This document shows, piece after piece, positions 17,887-25,219 of a stretch of DNA of 48,262 nt. This DNA is from an uncultured bacterium (GTDB lineage Bacteria; Acidobacteriota; Thermoanaerobaculia; Multivoradales; JAHZIX01): NCBI GenBank assembly GCA_965368975.1, contig CBDUPA010000032.1, positions 1 to 48,262 of the forward strand, in the 5' to 3' direction. The position numbers and the translations under genes are program-made. Below the pieces are notes generated by a model. It saw only the letters and a list, made by a program, of their open reading frames with translations, was not told the origin of the DNA and searched no databases. Numbering within the stretch: position 1 is the stretch's first letter; every line of letters begins with the position of its first letter.

Positions 17887-18254
17887 ACACAGCGATACTG
17901 ACCATGGCGGCAATTGCGTTGGCTCTCGGAGTCAACGGGGAGACTGACATCTGGGGCTTCCCCGAGGAGGCACCCGAGGCCGACTTCGTAGCGATGGCTA
18001 CGGTTGAGGTTGCTCCCGAGGTTGCAGAGGAAGCTTGCCTGATCATCGAAGTCATTCACAATGGCTCCGATCGATTCACTGGGGAGACGGTTCTCACCGG
18101 AGGCCTCGAAGTGGGTGAGATCCGAACTTCCATCGTAGGGCACTTCTTGTGGGTTGCGATTGGCTATCCGGCTGACACCGACACCCGAGACATGGACGTC
18201 AAATCGATTGACGTGTCCGATGTCGAGTCAGTAACGATTTGCCTGCCGTCGTGA
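17883..18254 (+). CDS. Putative secreted/membrane-anchored acidic protein
   Basis: AAGGAA RBS; hydrophobic N-terminus MNTAILTMAAIALALG. Confidence 0.65.
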   Translation: MNTAILTMAAIALALGVNGETDIWGFPEEAPEADFVAMATVEVAPEVAEEACLIIEVIHNGSDRFTGETVLTGGLEVGEIRTSIVGHFLWVAIGYPADTDTRDMDVKSIDVSDVESVTICLPS

Positions 18255-18421
18255 CCCAGACCAAGCTCTGGCCGGTACCACGTCGCTGGTGGCTCTATCA
18301 AGGGCATCCGTGGCGAGAGTCGGCAAGCTACGACTCACAACGACCGGGCCAGGGTCCGAAGGCGCTTGTCCAGGCTGACCTGGACTTGTTCCTCAGGGAG
18401 ATGGAGGAAGGGAGAAGGTAA
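18251..18421 (+). CDS. Hypothetical protein
   Basis: GTGA coupling; 56 aa. Confidence 0.5.
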   Translation: MTQTKLWPVPRRWWLYQGHPWRESASYDSQRPGQGPKALVQADLDLFLREMEEGRR

Positions 18422-18513
18422 TGTTCGAGTTTGCGCTTGGCTTCGGTTGCGGAGTCGTGGCGACTTGGGGAATGGCTGCACTATGGCTACAACGTGCGAA
18501 TCGGCATCAGTGA
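18421..18513 (+). CDS. 30-aa membrane micropeptide (not in ORF track)
   Basis: TAATG coupling, GGAG RBS; MFEFALGFGCGVVATWGMAALWLQRANRHQ. Confidence 0.5.
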   Translation: MFEFALGFGCGVVATWGMAALWLQRANRHQ

Positions 18514-18641
18514 TCACCGAGGGCGTGTGGCCGCTTGAGTACTACTGGCGTTGCAGCTGCGGGCAGAGGAGCTACGTGCCCGAGCCAACCAAGCACCACG
18601 CCCGACAGCAATGGCTACGAAAACATAAGGGGAAGATATGA
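18510..18641 (+). CDS. Small zinc-finger-like protein
   Basis: WRCSCG...WLRKH; GTGA/ATGA coupling. Confidence 0.5.
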   Translation: MITEGVWPLEYYWRCSCGQRSYVPEPTKHHARQQWLRKHKGKI

Positions 18642-18814
18642 CCAGCTGGATATGCGAAGAGTGCGGAGCGCACTACGAGGCAGCCGAGCCTCCAGACCGT
18701 TGCGAGTACTGCTCCTGCAAGAGCTTCGTGGATGAGGCTTGGCAGGAGCCGATCGAAGGCCCGGTTGCGTTGATCGACTTCGGACAACCGGGCACAGACT
18801 GGAGTCCATCATGA
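18638..18814 (+). CDS. Rubredoxin-like small protein (58 aa, not in ORF track)
   Basis: MTSWICEECGAHYEAAEPPDRCEYCSCKSF matches the WxCxxCGxxY....PPxxCxxC pattern. Confidence 0.6.
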   Translation: MTSWICEECGAHYEAAEPPDRCEYCSCKSFVDEAWQEPIEGPVALIDFGQPGTDWSPS

Positions 18815-19053
18815 CAAGAATCTTGACTACCGACAACGAGGACGGCACCCTCACGCTGAGTGGCTTCGCAGGCTCAGTTACGATCGCGACATTCGAATGT
18901 GACGTGTGTGAGAGTGGCACTCCTGTGGCCGATCGCTACGTGGTCTGGGCAAAGCGTTACTCGGACGGAGAACTGACGGAGGTCATGTGGGTGTGCGAAG
19001 GTTGCGCACCCGAGGTCGGTGCCGACCACCACACAGAAGGGACGTCATCGTGA
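18811..19053 (+). CDS. Small zinc-binding hypothetical protein
   Basis: CDVC...CEGC; ATGA coupling. Confidence 0.6.
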   Translation: MTRILTTDNEDGTLTLSGFAGSVTIATFECDVCESGTPVADRYVVWAKRYSDGELTEVMWVCEGCAPEVGADHHTEGTSS

Positions 19054-19120
19054 GCGACAGACTCGAAGCTGGCAACCTGCAGTGGACTGGGGCCTTCGTT
19101 CCTGACCGGGAGGTATCGCC

Positions 19121-19897
19121 ATGAGAGCGTGCGAGATCTGCGGAGCGCCAGACGGTGATCCGTGCAATACCAATCTGCATGCCGTCGCCCGAGCCGGTCG
19201 ACGCGCCGAGGAGGCTGGTAAGCGGCTACGCACGACTCTGAAGGCGCTCTACAGAGCCGGTGGAGACGTTCTTGGGTCGAGTGCGGGCGATTGCCCTCGG
19301 GAACTGCCCAGGCTCGACTCAGGGCGCGGAGCGCGTTGTCCTCGAATCTACAAGCACTGCCCGAAGTGCGCTACGGAGCATGGCCCAAGCGGTGTGCGCT
19401 GCGCGCTCGGCAAGCATCACGGAGATCGGTGCGTGTTCGACTACGAACAAGCCGTTGAAGAGGGCTACGCCAAACCCATGCTGGCACTCGATCCTGCGAA
19501 GCCCGGCTACGCGGCTGGCATACCGTTCTTGAAGACACCAACGAGCCTGATCGGGCTGACCGTCTCCGGCAACCTACGCGGAGCAATGCACGAAGCGCTT
19601 AAAGCGGAGGAGCGAGCCAACGTGCGCAAAGCCCTCGGGTTGCCTGCCGTAGCCGATTGGAGACCGACTCTTGACAGCGTAGACTGCTGCGGGTTGCATT
19701 ACTGCCAGCAGTGCTCGGGCCTATATCGTGAGGCCTACCTAGAACAACAGAAGGGTCCTAGGGTCGAGATGCGCGGAGACGGTTCTGGGCTTACTTACAG
19801 CTTCCGTGACGTAGGCCGGGCAATTCCACAAGGGGAGGGTGTAGCGTTGGGTGCTGATCACCTTCCCCAACTACGTAAGGAGGACGATATGCGCTAA
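19121..19897 (+). CDS. Cys-rich hypothetical protein
   Basis: GGAGG RBS; several CxxC/CH clusters. Confidence 0.65.
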   Translation: MRACEICGAPDGDPCNTNLHAVARAGRRAEEAGKRLRTTLKALYRAGGDVLGSSAGDCPRELPRLDSGRGARCPRIYKHCPKCATEHGPSGVRCALGKHHGDRCVFDYEQAVEEGYAKPMLALDPAKPGYAAGIPFLKTPTSLIGLTVSGNLRGAMHEALKAEERANVRKALGLPAVADWRPTLDSVDCCGLHYCQQCSGLYREAYLEQQKGPRVEMRGDGSGLTYSFRDVGRAIPQGEGVALGADHLPQLRKEDDMR

Positions 19898-19968
19898 GGC
19901 TCAAGGAGGAGCCTGGCTACACACTACAGATCCCTACGCTTTGCTACAGTGCTAAGACCACTGGAGTT

Positions 19969-20004
19969 GAACCCCTCGTACACACCATGCGAGGGGTTCT
20001 TCTT
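19969..20004 (+). terminator. Intrinsic terminator ending cassette A
   Basis: GAACCCCTCGTA-7nt-TGCGAGGGGTTC followed by TTCTT. Confidence 0.75.
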
Positions 20005-20304
20005 ATGGGCGCATATACGTAGGTGGATCAGTACTGCTGTAGCACTGTAGATACCCTCGATCATTGATGGTACACCCCTCGTTATGCTTTACTGTTCAGG
20101 ATTGTTCTCAGACATAGGGGTGGCCCGAGACTAACGTGTATCCCAATGCTTCGTACAGCCCGTATTCACTGAGGTTTTCGTAGGGGCAGGCCATACTATC
20201 CGGGTGGTATGTAGACCATGGGCTATTGTCTCCGGCGGGGAGGGTCCGGTGTAGGTCGCTGGATGATGCCAAACCTCCACACCAATTCGTGTCCTGTTCA
20301 AGCC

Positions 20305-20590
20305 CTGTCGCCCGGATGGTGAAGCTTGGATGAGACTGATTCTGTCCTTCCAATCCATCCCATCCTCGGGTCGAACGATCTGCTGCAGGGATCCTGAAAA
20401 TTGTCGAGCGCGGCGTTGCTGTGTTCGGCATCCCCTCCACGAATTTTGCAGGATATGCAAATCCGGATGCGGCCTCGCTGGTTCCCTACATAAGCGAATC
20501 CGAATAGTAGGAAGCCCGGTTGCTGTGTTCGGGAGAACGGGGAATCACAGTGGTAGTGTGAAGGGGTGCAACCGGGCTTCCTTGGAAGCG
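20305..20590 (+). ncRNA. Candidate structured non-coding RNA
   Basis: Clustered stems in a ~750-bp gene-free gap: GGATGG/CCATCC with TTGGA/TCCAA, GTCGAGCGCGGC/GCTGTGTTCGGC (4 GU pairs), perfect 15-bp AGGAAGCCCGGTTGC/GCAACCGGGCTTCCT. Confidence 0.4.
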
Positions 20591-20651
20591 TTGAATGGCT
20601 CCTGTCGGAGCGTGTGGTTAGTCTAGTTGGGTCCTGCAAATGGGGAGCGAT

Positions 20652-20864
20652 CTATCCGCCTCTGAAGGGGTAGCTGAAGATGTCAACGAGGATGACCAAG
20701 ATGGCTGCACCGACAAGCTCCCGAGGCAAGCCGATGGCTAGGTCCACCAAGATGACTCCAGCTGAGACGATGATGGCCCTATCCCAGCTGGTCATAGCCT
20801 TCAGCCGACGTAGGGGTGGCGTCAGGACCTCACCGGCTCGGGCTAGGGCTTCATCGAGTCTCAT
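20652..20864 (-). CDS. Small membrane protein (two hydrophobic segments)
   Basis: MRLDEALARAG...AIIVSAGVILVDLAIGLPRELVGAAILVILVDIF; ATGA coupling. Confidence 0.6.
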   Translation of the reverse strand: MRLDEALARAGEVLTPPLRRLKAMTSWDRAIIVSAGVILVDLAIGLPRELVGAAILVILVDIFSYPFRGG

Positions 20865-21013
20865 GACTTGAACCGATTGCAAGGGCACGCCCAGTTGCCG
20901 TCTCCAACCTTGCGCGTGCATACGGGCGTGTGCTTGATCCGATGGTGGCCGCAGCTGTGGCAGATCCGACTCAGAGGAGCCGAGCGCTTACGCCAGGGGA
21001 GCTTGAACCTCAT
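20861..21013 (-). CDS. 50-aa Cys/His zinc-binding micro-protein (not in ORF track)
   Basis: MRFKLPWRKRSAPLSRICHSCGHHRIKHTPVCTRKVGDGNWACPCNRFKS; coupled on both sides. Confidence 0.6.
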   Translation of the reverse strand: MRFKLPWRKRSAPLSRICHSCGHHRIKHTPVCTRKVGDGNWACPCNRFKS

Positions 21014-21480
21014 TCTGGCCACCAGAGTCGCAGTAGGTAATCGTATTCAACTGGGTCACCATCAAGACCGTCTCCGCTTGGATGCGGATCCCACGCCGGT
21101 TTTTCTCCTCCACCGTCACGGTAGAAGAGCACCGAATGAAGGTAGTCTCCCCGAGGTGACTGACCCGAGGCCATGACGTAGCGGTTTAGTGGCGGCTCTG
21201 GCTTCTTGCGAGGTTCTTCGGTGTTCTCCGGGAGATCTGCAAGGTCACCAACTGTGTCGATGGTATAGATTCCGTTGGTACGCAACAACGTCCAGCCGAT
21301 CGCAACGTTGAACCAGTAGCCAGGCTGATCTCCTGCGGTTCCGGTAATAAGTGCGTGCAGTTGATCGCGGTCACGCGGTGAACCGCCCAGCATGATCGTC
21401 AGCGCGGTTGCATAACAGTCACCCTGTTCTTCGGGTGTTGCATCCGGGCCACCGAACTTGGTCTGGTGAAACAGTTTCAT
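21010..21480 (-). CDS. Papain-like (C39-type) fold hypothetical protein
   Basis: Q...GDCYATAL, HSVL and WDPHPS give a Cys-His-Asp order. Confidence 0.55.
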   Translation of the reverse strand: MKLFHQTKFGGPDATPEEQGDCYATALTIMLGGSPRDRDQLHALITGTAGDQPGYWFNVAIGWTLLRTNGIYTIDTVGDLADLPENTEEPRKKPEPPLNRYVMASGQSPRGDYLHSVLFYRDGGGEKPAWDPHPSGDGLDGDPVEYDYLLRLWWPE

Positions 21481-21794
21481 TTGGCTCTCCCTTCGTACTG
21501 GAACTTCAGGTTGCCTGCATCAGCGAAGAACAATCCGGTGTCCGTGTCGCTGTCGAAGTGATACGTCGGCATGTACTGCGTGGAGAAGTTGGTCAACGTC
21601 TTGTCCACGTGAACGTTGTCGAGGGTGTCCTTGAAGTGCCACTTCGTGTAAATCCCTCTGTCTCCGACGGTGAAGCGTTCGGGCTGCGTGACTAGACCAC
21701 CTTCAGCGAGCTTCGGCATGGGCAAGACGGCAGCGACCGGCACTGCAGCAGCCGCCAATCCGAGCTTGCGTAGAAACTGCCGTCTAGTGATCAT
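21477..21794 (-). CDS. Twin-arginine signal protein carrying virion-protein-like motifs
   Basis: MITRRQFLRKLGLAAAAVPVAAVL Tat signal; AGGAG RBS; segments similar to TMP, MCP and tail-fibre motifs of this genome. Confidence 0.8.
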   Translation of the reverse strand: MITRRQFLRKLGLAAAAVPVAAVLPMPKLAEGGLVTQPERFTVGDRGIYTKWHFKDTLDNVHVDKTLTNFSTQYMPTYHFDSDTDTGLFFADAGNLKFQYEGRAK

Positions 21795-22033
21795 CGAGCA
21801 CGTCTCCTGTTCTGGTGTCGCCGCCGGTTGAGTTCGAGCGACCGAGCGCTTGCCAGCACCTGCTTGCGTTGGTGGCGCGGGAAGGTTTGCAGCTTCCTGT
21901 ACTCCGGCTCAGAGATCTTCGTCAACGCAGCTTCAAAGTCAGCGAGTGCATCTGCTGCTTCATCGGTGGCTTGTGCCGCCTTCGAAATGCGCTCCAGTTC
22001 CTCGGGTGTGTAGAGTCGTCCACTGTTGTCCAT
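21791..22033 (-). CDS. Hypothetical helical protein with Arg-rich tail
   Basis: GAGAGG RBS before MDNSGRLYTPEELER... Confidence 0.65.
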   Translation of the reverse strand: MDNSGRLYTPEELERISKAAQATDEAADALADFEAALTKISEPEYRKLQTFPRHQRKQVLASARSLELNRRRHQNRRRAR

Positions 22034-22035
22034 GT

Positions 22036-22215
22036 TCACACCTCTCGATAGAAGACAGTTGCCCGGACCTTGTCGCATTCTCCTGGTTGCGCCAAGAAGT
22101 CCCAACAGGTTGTTTGCCATTCAGGAATCTGCTGGTGATGCGTTCGGCAGAAGTGGATGTCCACCTTGCGCCTGCGCGAGCGCACGCCCGCATGCATGGG
22201 GAAGTAACGTCTCAC
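22036..22215 (-). CDS. 59-aa hypothetical protein (not in ORF track)
   Basis: GTGA coupling; VRRYFPMHAG...FCRTH...C...C...REV; fills the operon gap. Confidence 0.5.
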   Translation of the reverse strand: MRRYFPMHAGVRSRRRKVDIHFCRTHHQQIPEWQTTCWDFLAQPGECDKVRATVFYREV

Positions 22216-22538
22216 CAGGGATCGTCTTCCGAATCGTCTTCGTCCTCATCGTGGACTTCAACCTGTGCCGAGCCGGTGTCGGTGGTTACGGTCATGAGGC
22301 CTCCACTACCGAAGATGATCTGCGGCTGCGGCATCACGATCGACTTGACAGCCCACATGATGCACTCTTCGAGCTTGGTGACCGCAAGCGATCGCTCCCG
22401 AGTGTTCGGGCAGCACTCCTCGATCTTGAAGCCGAGCGCCTTGCCGATAACCCTCAGTGCCTCGATCTGCTCCACCTGCTCGGGCGTGGGTGTGTGGTTG
22501 GTGAGGGATAACTTGATTTGGTCGTGTAGGTGACCCAT
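22212..22538 (-). CDS. Acb2/Tad1-like helical hairpin protein (candidate anti-defence nucleotide sponge)
   Basis: TNHTP...IEALR...CPNTRERSLAVTKLEECIMWAVKSI matches the SRExSLAxTKLEEAxMW family motif; AGGAAGG RBS. Confidence 0.7.
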   Translation of the reverse strand: MGHLHDQIKLSLTNHTPTPEQVEQIEALRVIGKALGFKIEECCPNTRERSLAVTKLEECIMWAVKSIVMPQPQIIFGSGGLMTVTTDTGSAQVEVHDEDEDDSEDDPW

Positions 22539-22576
22539 GGCTCTGTCCTTCCTGTCGATGTGTCAGAGCACTCGCC

Positions 22577-22606
22577 AGGTTAGTCGATCGCCCTATTCGG
22601 CGTGAA
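22577..22606 (-). promoter_or_regulatory. Leftward promoter of the minus-strand operon
   Basis: TTCACG-18nt-TAACCT-GGCG on the minus strand; shares GCCGAATnGGG and post -10 GGCG with the adjacent rightward promoter. Confidence 0.5.
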
Positions 22607-22635
22607 AGAAATCTGCCTCAACTATCCGAATTGAC

Positions 22636-22693
22636 TCGACAAAGCCGAATGGGGTGAGTAGACTGGCGTCAGGCTACATAAGGAGACACCATG
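22636..22693 (+). promoter_or_regulatory. Sigma70-type promoter and conserved leader, copy B
   Basis: TCGACA-17nt-TAGACT-GGCG then GGCTACATAAGGAGACACCATG. Confidence 0.75.
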
Positions 22694-23152
22694 TCAGACC
22701 TCAACCCGCAGCAGCAAGAAGCACTGGCCAACGCAGAAGGTTTCAGCACTTTCGAAGAGAACTGCCACTGGTGTGGTGAAGACGTCATCGAGGGCAACGA
22801 CTGCACCCAGGGTCATTACACCACCTGGCTTGCCAGCCATCAGAACACCAAGGTCGCCCGAGTGGTCGGTATCTTCAAGGACAACGGTTGGGACGTCAAA
22901 GCCAGCTGGGAAGACCTTCACGGAATGGGCGAAGTCACCGGGCGCATGTACTGGGTCAACGCTGAGATCAAGCGCGGCGGCAACGGGTTGTCCGACTATC
23001 GGGCACAGGTTGGGCTTCGGGTGAGCTTCGTAGGCCGCAACACCACCAAGCTGCAGACGGCTCGGTTCTCAGGCGTGTTCGATGATTTCGATGCCGTCAC
23101 CTGGCAGGCGCTGGAAATCTGGGCAGGCATCAGAGGCAATCGGGAGGTATAG
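22691..23152 (+). CDS. Hypothetical protein (monocistronic cassette B)
   Basis: TAAGGAG RBS; 153 aa; CHWC...CxxxH. Confidence 0.8.
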   Translation: MSDLNPQQQEALANAEGFSTFEENCHWCGEDVIEGNDCTQGHYTTWLASHQNTKVARVVGIFKDNGWDVKASWEDLHGMGEVTGRMYWVNAEIKRGGNGLSDYRAQVGLRVSFVGRNTTKLQTARFSGVFDDFDAVTWQALEIWAGIRGNREV

Positions 23153-23177
23153 CTAAACCAACAACCGAACAAGGGTT

Positions 23178-23203
23178 AGCCCGCTCCGGCGGGCTTTCTC
23201 TTT
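23178..23203 (+). terminator. Intrinsic terminator ending cassette B
   Basis: AGCCCGC-TCCG-GCGGGCT followed by TTCTCTTT. Confidence 0.8.
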
Positions 23204-23231
23204 GCCCGGAGTGAACTAGCCTCGCCAGCCG

Positions 23232-23573
23232 ATGAGAGATCTATCAAAGTTGAGGCTTCGAAGAGGAGCCGCACCACAAACCAAATCGAAGGTGGATACG
23301 TATCCGGATGACCGGGTGTGCGAGATCGATGACTGCCACACGCGGCTGTCGAAGTACAACCGGAACGAACGATGCTGGCCCCACCGAGCCAAGCAAGCAC
23401 CGCGACTCCGAGGGCAGACGGAAGAGGAGCGCAGAGCGAAGCTGCCTCGATGCAAAGAGTGCATCGGAGCGGTCAACAGTGCCGAGTCGTTACGCCAAGT
23501 CGAAGTGGAGGGTGCTCTCCATATCGAAGGGCGTGGCGGCTCGGGAACACTGTGCGAGTCGTTCAGCCAGTAG
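23232..23573 (+). CDS. Cys/His-containing hypothetical protein
   Basis: RVCEIDDCHTRLSKYNRNERCWPH motif; immediately upstream of the portal. Confidence 0.6.
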   Translation: MRDLSKLRLRRGAAPQTKSKVDTYPDDRVCEIDDCHTRLSKYNRNERCWPHRAKQAPRLRGQTEEERRAKLPRCKECIGAVNSAESLRQVEVEGALHIEGRGGSGTLCESFSQ

Positions 23574-23601
23574 CCCAGCGAGCAGGAGCAAAATCTAGCC
23601 C

Positions 23602-25014
23602 ATGACTACCGACATCAGACAGGCCTCAGTAGTGACCTTGGCGCAGCAAGACGCTAAGGCTGCGAATGGTCAAAGTGAAGCTCCTACAAAGAAGATTGAG
23701 GTTGGCAGTACCGGACTGGAAGTCTTCGGTGGAATCATTACCGGAGACCTGGCCGAACACAACTCAGCTTGGCGTGACAAGGAGCTATACAAGACGGTCG
23801 ATCGCATGCGACGTGGCGACTCGACTGTGGCAGCAACCTGGCTCTCGATCGTCTTGCCGATCTTGGCCACCGAAGTCCACATCGAGGCCCGGAAGGGACC
23901 CAAAGAAGCGAAGCCGGATCCGATCGTCGAAGAGGCAGCCGCGATGGTCCATGAGAACCTGTTCGGAGACGAACGGTTCCTGAACCGGCCTTGGCAAGCC
24001 CTCCTCAGGGAGACACTCCTCTACCTCGCGTACGGGCACTACCTGTTCGAGAAGGTCTGGGATGAGATCAGCATGGGTGAGTTCGCAGGAGCCACTGGCC
24101 TCAAGAAGCTGGCACCGCGCCACCCGAGCACGATCGAGCAGTGGCTGTTCGATTCACACATGGAATTGACTGGAGTCGTGCAGCGGGCTGCGCCGAAGTA
24201 CGAAGACGTGCCGATGGACACGCGCAAGCTCGCTGTCTTCACCAACCAGGGTGAGGCTGGGAACCCACTCGGGATCTCGATTTTCCGACCGAGCTACAAG
24301 CATTGGCGTTACAAGGATGGTTTCTACGCGGTGCAAGCCATCGCCATCGAGCGGCAGGGTGCCGGTGTCCCCTTCGCCAAGTATCCACCCGGCACGCCAC
24401 CCGCAGAAGTGGACAAGGCAGAGGAGATGCTGCAGAACGTGCAGGCGCATGAGCAGTCCTACTTCACCTACCAGGAAGACTGGGACGTAGGCTTCATGAA
24501 TATGGGTTCGCAGACCACCCTCGATCCCATGGATGCGATCAACCACCACGACTTGATGATTCCGAAGTCGGTGTTGGCTTCCTTCATGAATCTACCGCAG
24601 GACTCGAAGGGGAGCTTCGCACTGTCGAGCGATCAGACCGGATTCTTCAATCATTCGTTGCAGGACGCAGCCACCTACGTGGCCTCGATCTGGAACCACC
24701 AGATTATCCCTGAGATGGTCGAGATGAACTACCCGGGCATCCCTTCATACCCGCAGCTGCGGTTCGATCGCATTGGACATATCTCGGTAGACCGGATCCT
24801 CACCGCGGTGGTGTCGGCTGTCAAGGATGGAGTGGTGACCCCTGACATTGACTTGGAGAACCGAGTCAGAAACCTTCTGAATTTCCCGCCAGTTTCAGAA
24901 GAGGATTTCGAAGAGGGCAAGGAAGAACCGGAGCCGGTAGAGGGTGACGGTGACGACTTTGGTGGCGGCAGCGTAGCGGACGACAACGGAGGCCAGGAAG
25001 AGGATGACAGCTGA
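23602..25014 (+). CDS. Portal protein (Mu gp29 / DUF935-like)
   Basis: YGHxLFEKVW, GNPLGxSxxRPxYxxWxxK, IERQGAGVP, GSFALS motifs. Confidence 0.9.
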   Translation: MTTDIRQASVVTLAQQDAKAANGQSEAPTKKIEVGSTGLEVFGGIITGDLAEHNSAWRDKELYKTVDRMRRGDSTVAATWLSIVLPILATEVHIEARKGPKEAKPDPIVEEAAAMVHENLFGDERFLNRPWQALLRETLLYLAYGHYLFEKVWDEISMGEFAGATGLKKLAPRHPSTIEQWLFDSHMELTGVVQRAAPKYEDVPMDTRKLAVFTNQGEAGNPLGISIFRPSYKHWRYKDGFYAVQAIAIERQGAGVPFAKYPPGTPPAEVDKAEEMLQNVQAHEQSYFTYQEDWDVGFMNMGSQTTLDPMDAINHHDLMIPKSVLASFMNLPQDSKGSFALSSDQTGFFNHSLQDAATYVASIWNHQIIPEMVEMNYPGIPSYPQLRFDRIGHISVDRILTAVVSAVKDGVVTPDIDLENRVRNLLNFPPVSEEDFEEGKEEPEPVEGDGDDFGGGSVADDNGGQEEDDS

Positions 25015-25219
25015 GCGAAGACTTGATATTCACGAAGACAGAATTGGTGACCTGGAGGATGAGGTGTTCGGAAACGAGGAGAAAAAGATCCCTGGTCTAA
25101 AAGCTCACGCGCAGAGGGCGCACGACATAATTGAACGTGCCCGAGGGGTGATTTGGTTCATGGGGTTTGTAGGATTTACAAACCTGGTGGCAATCATTTG
25201 GCTGGCAGCTACGGTATGA
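25004..25219 (+). CDS. Small membrane protein
   Basis: Coiled N-terminus and C-terminal hydrophobic segment. Confidence 0.6.
   Translation: MTAERRLDIHEDRIGDLEDEVFGNEEKKIPGLKAHAQRAHDIIERARGVIWFMGFVGFTNLVAIIWLAATV

Noticed and set aside
20108-20639. Several 98-113 aa ORFs in the central gap; also a possible tRNA near GTTCAAGCCC
   Set aside because: No RBS or phage-like codon pattern, and no cloverleaf could be built.
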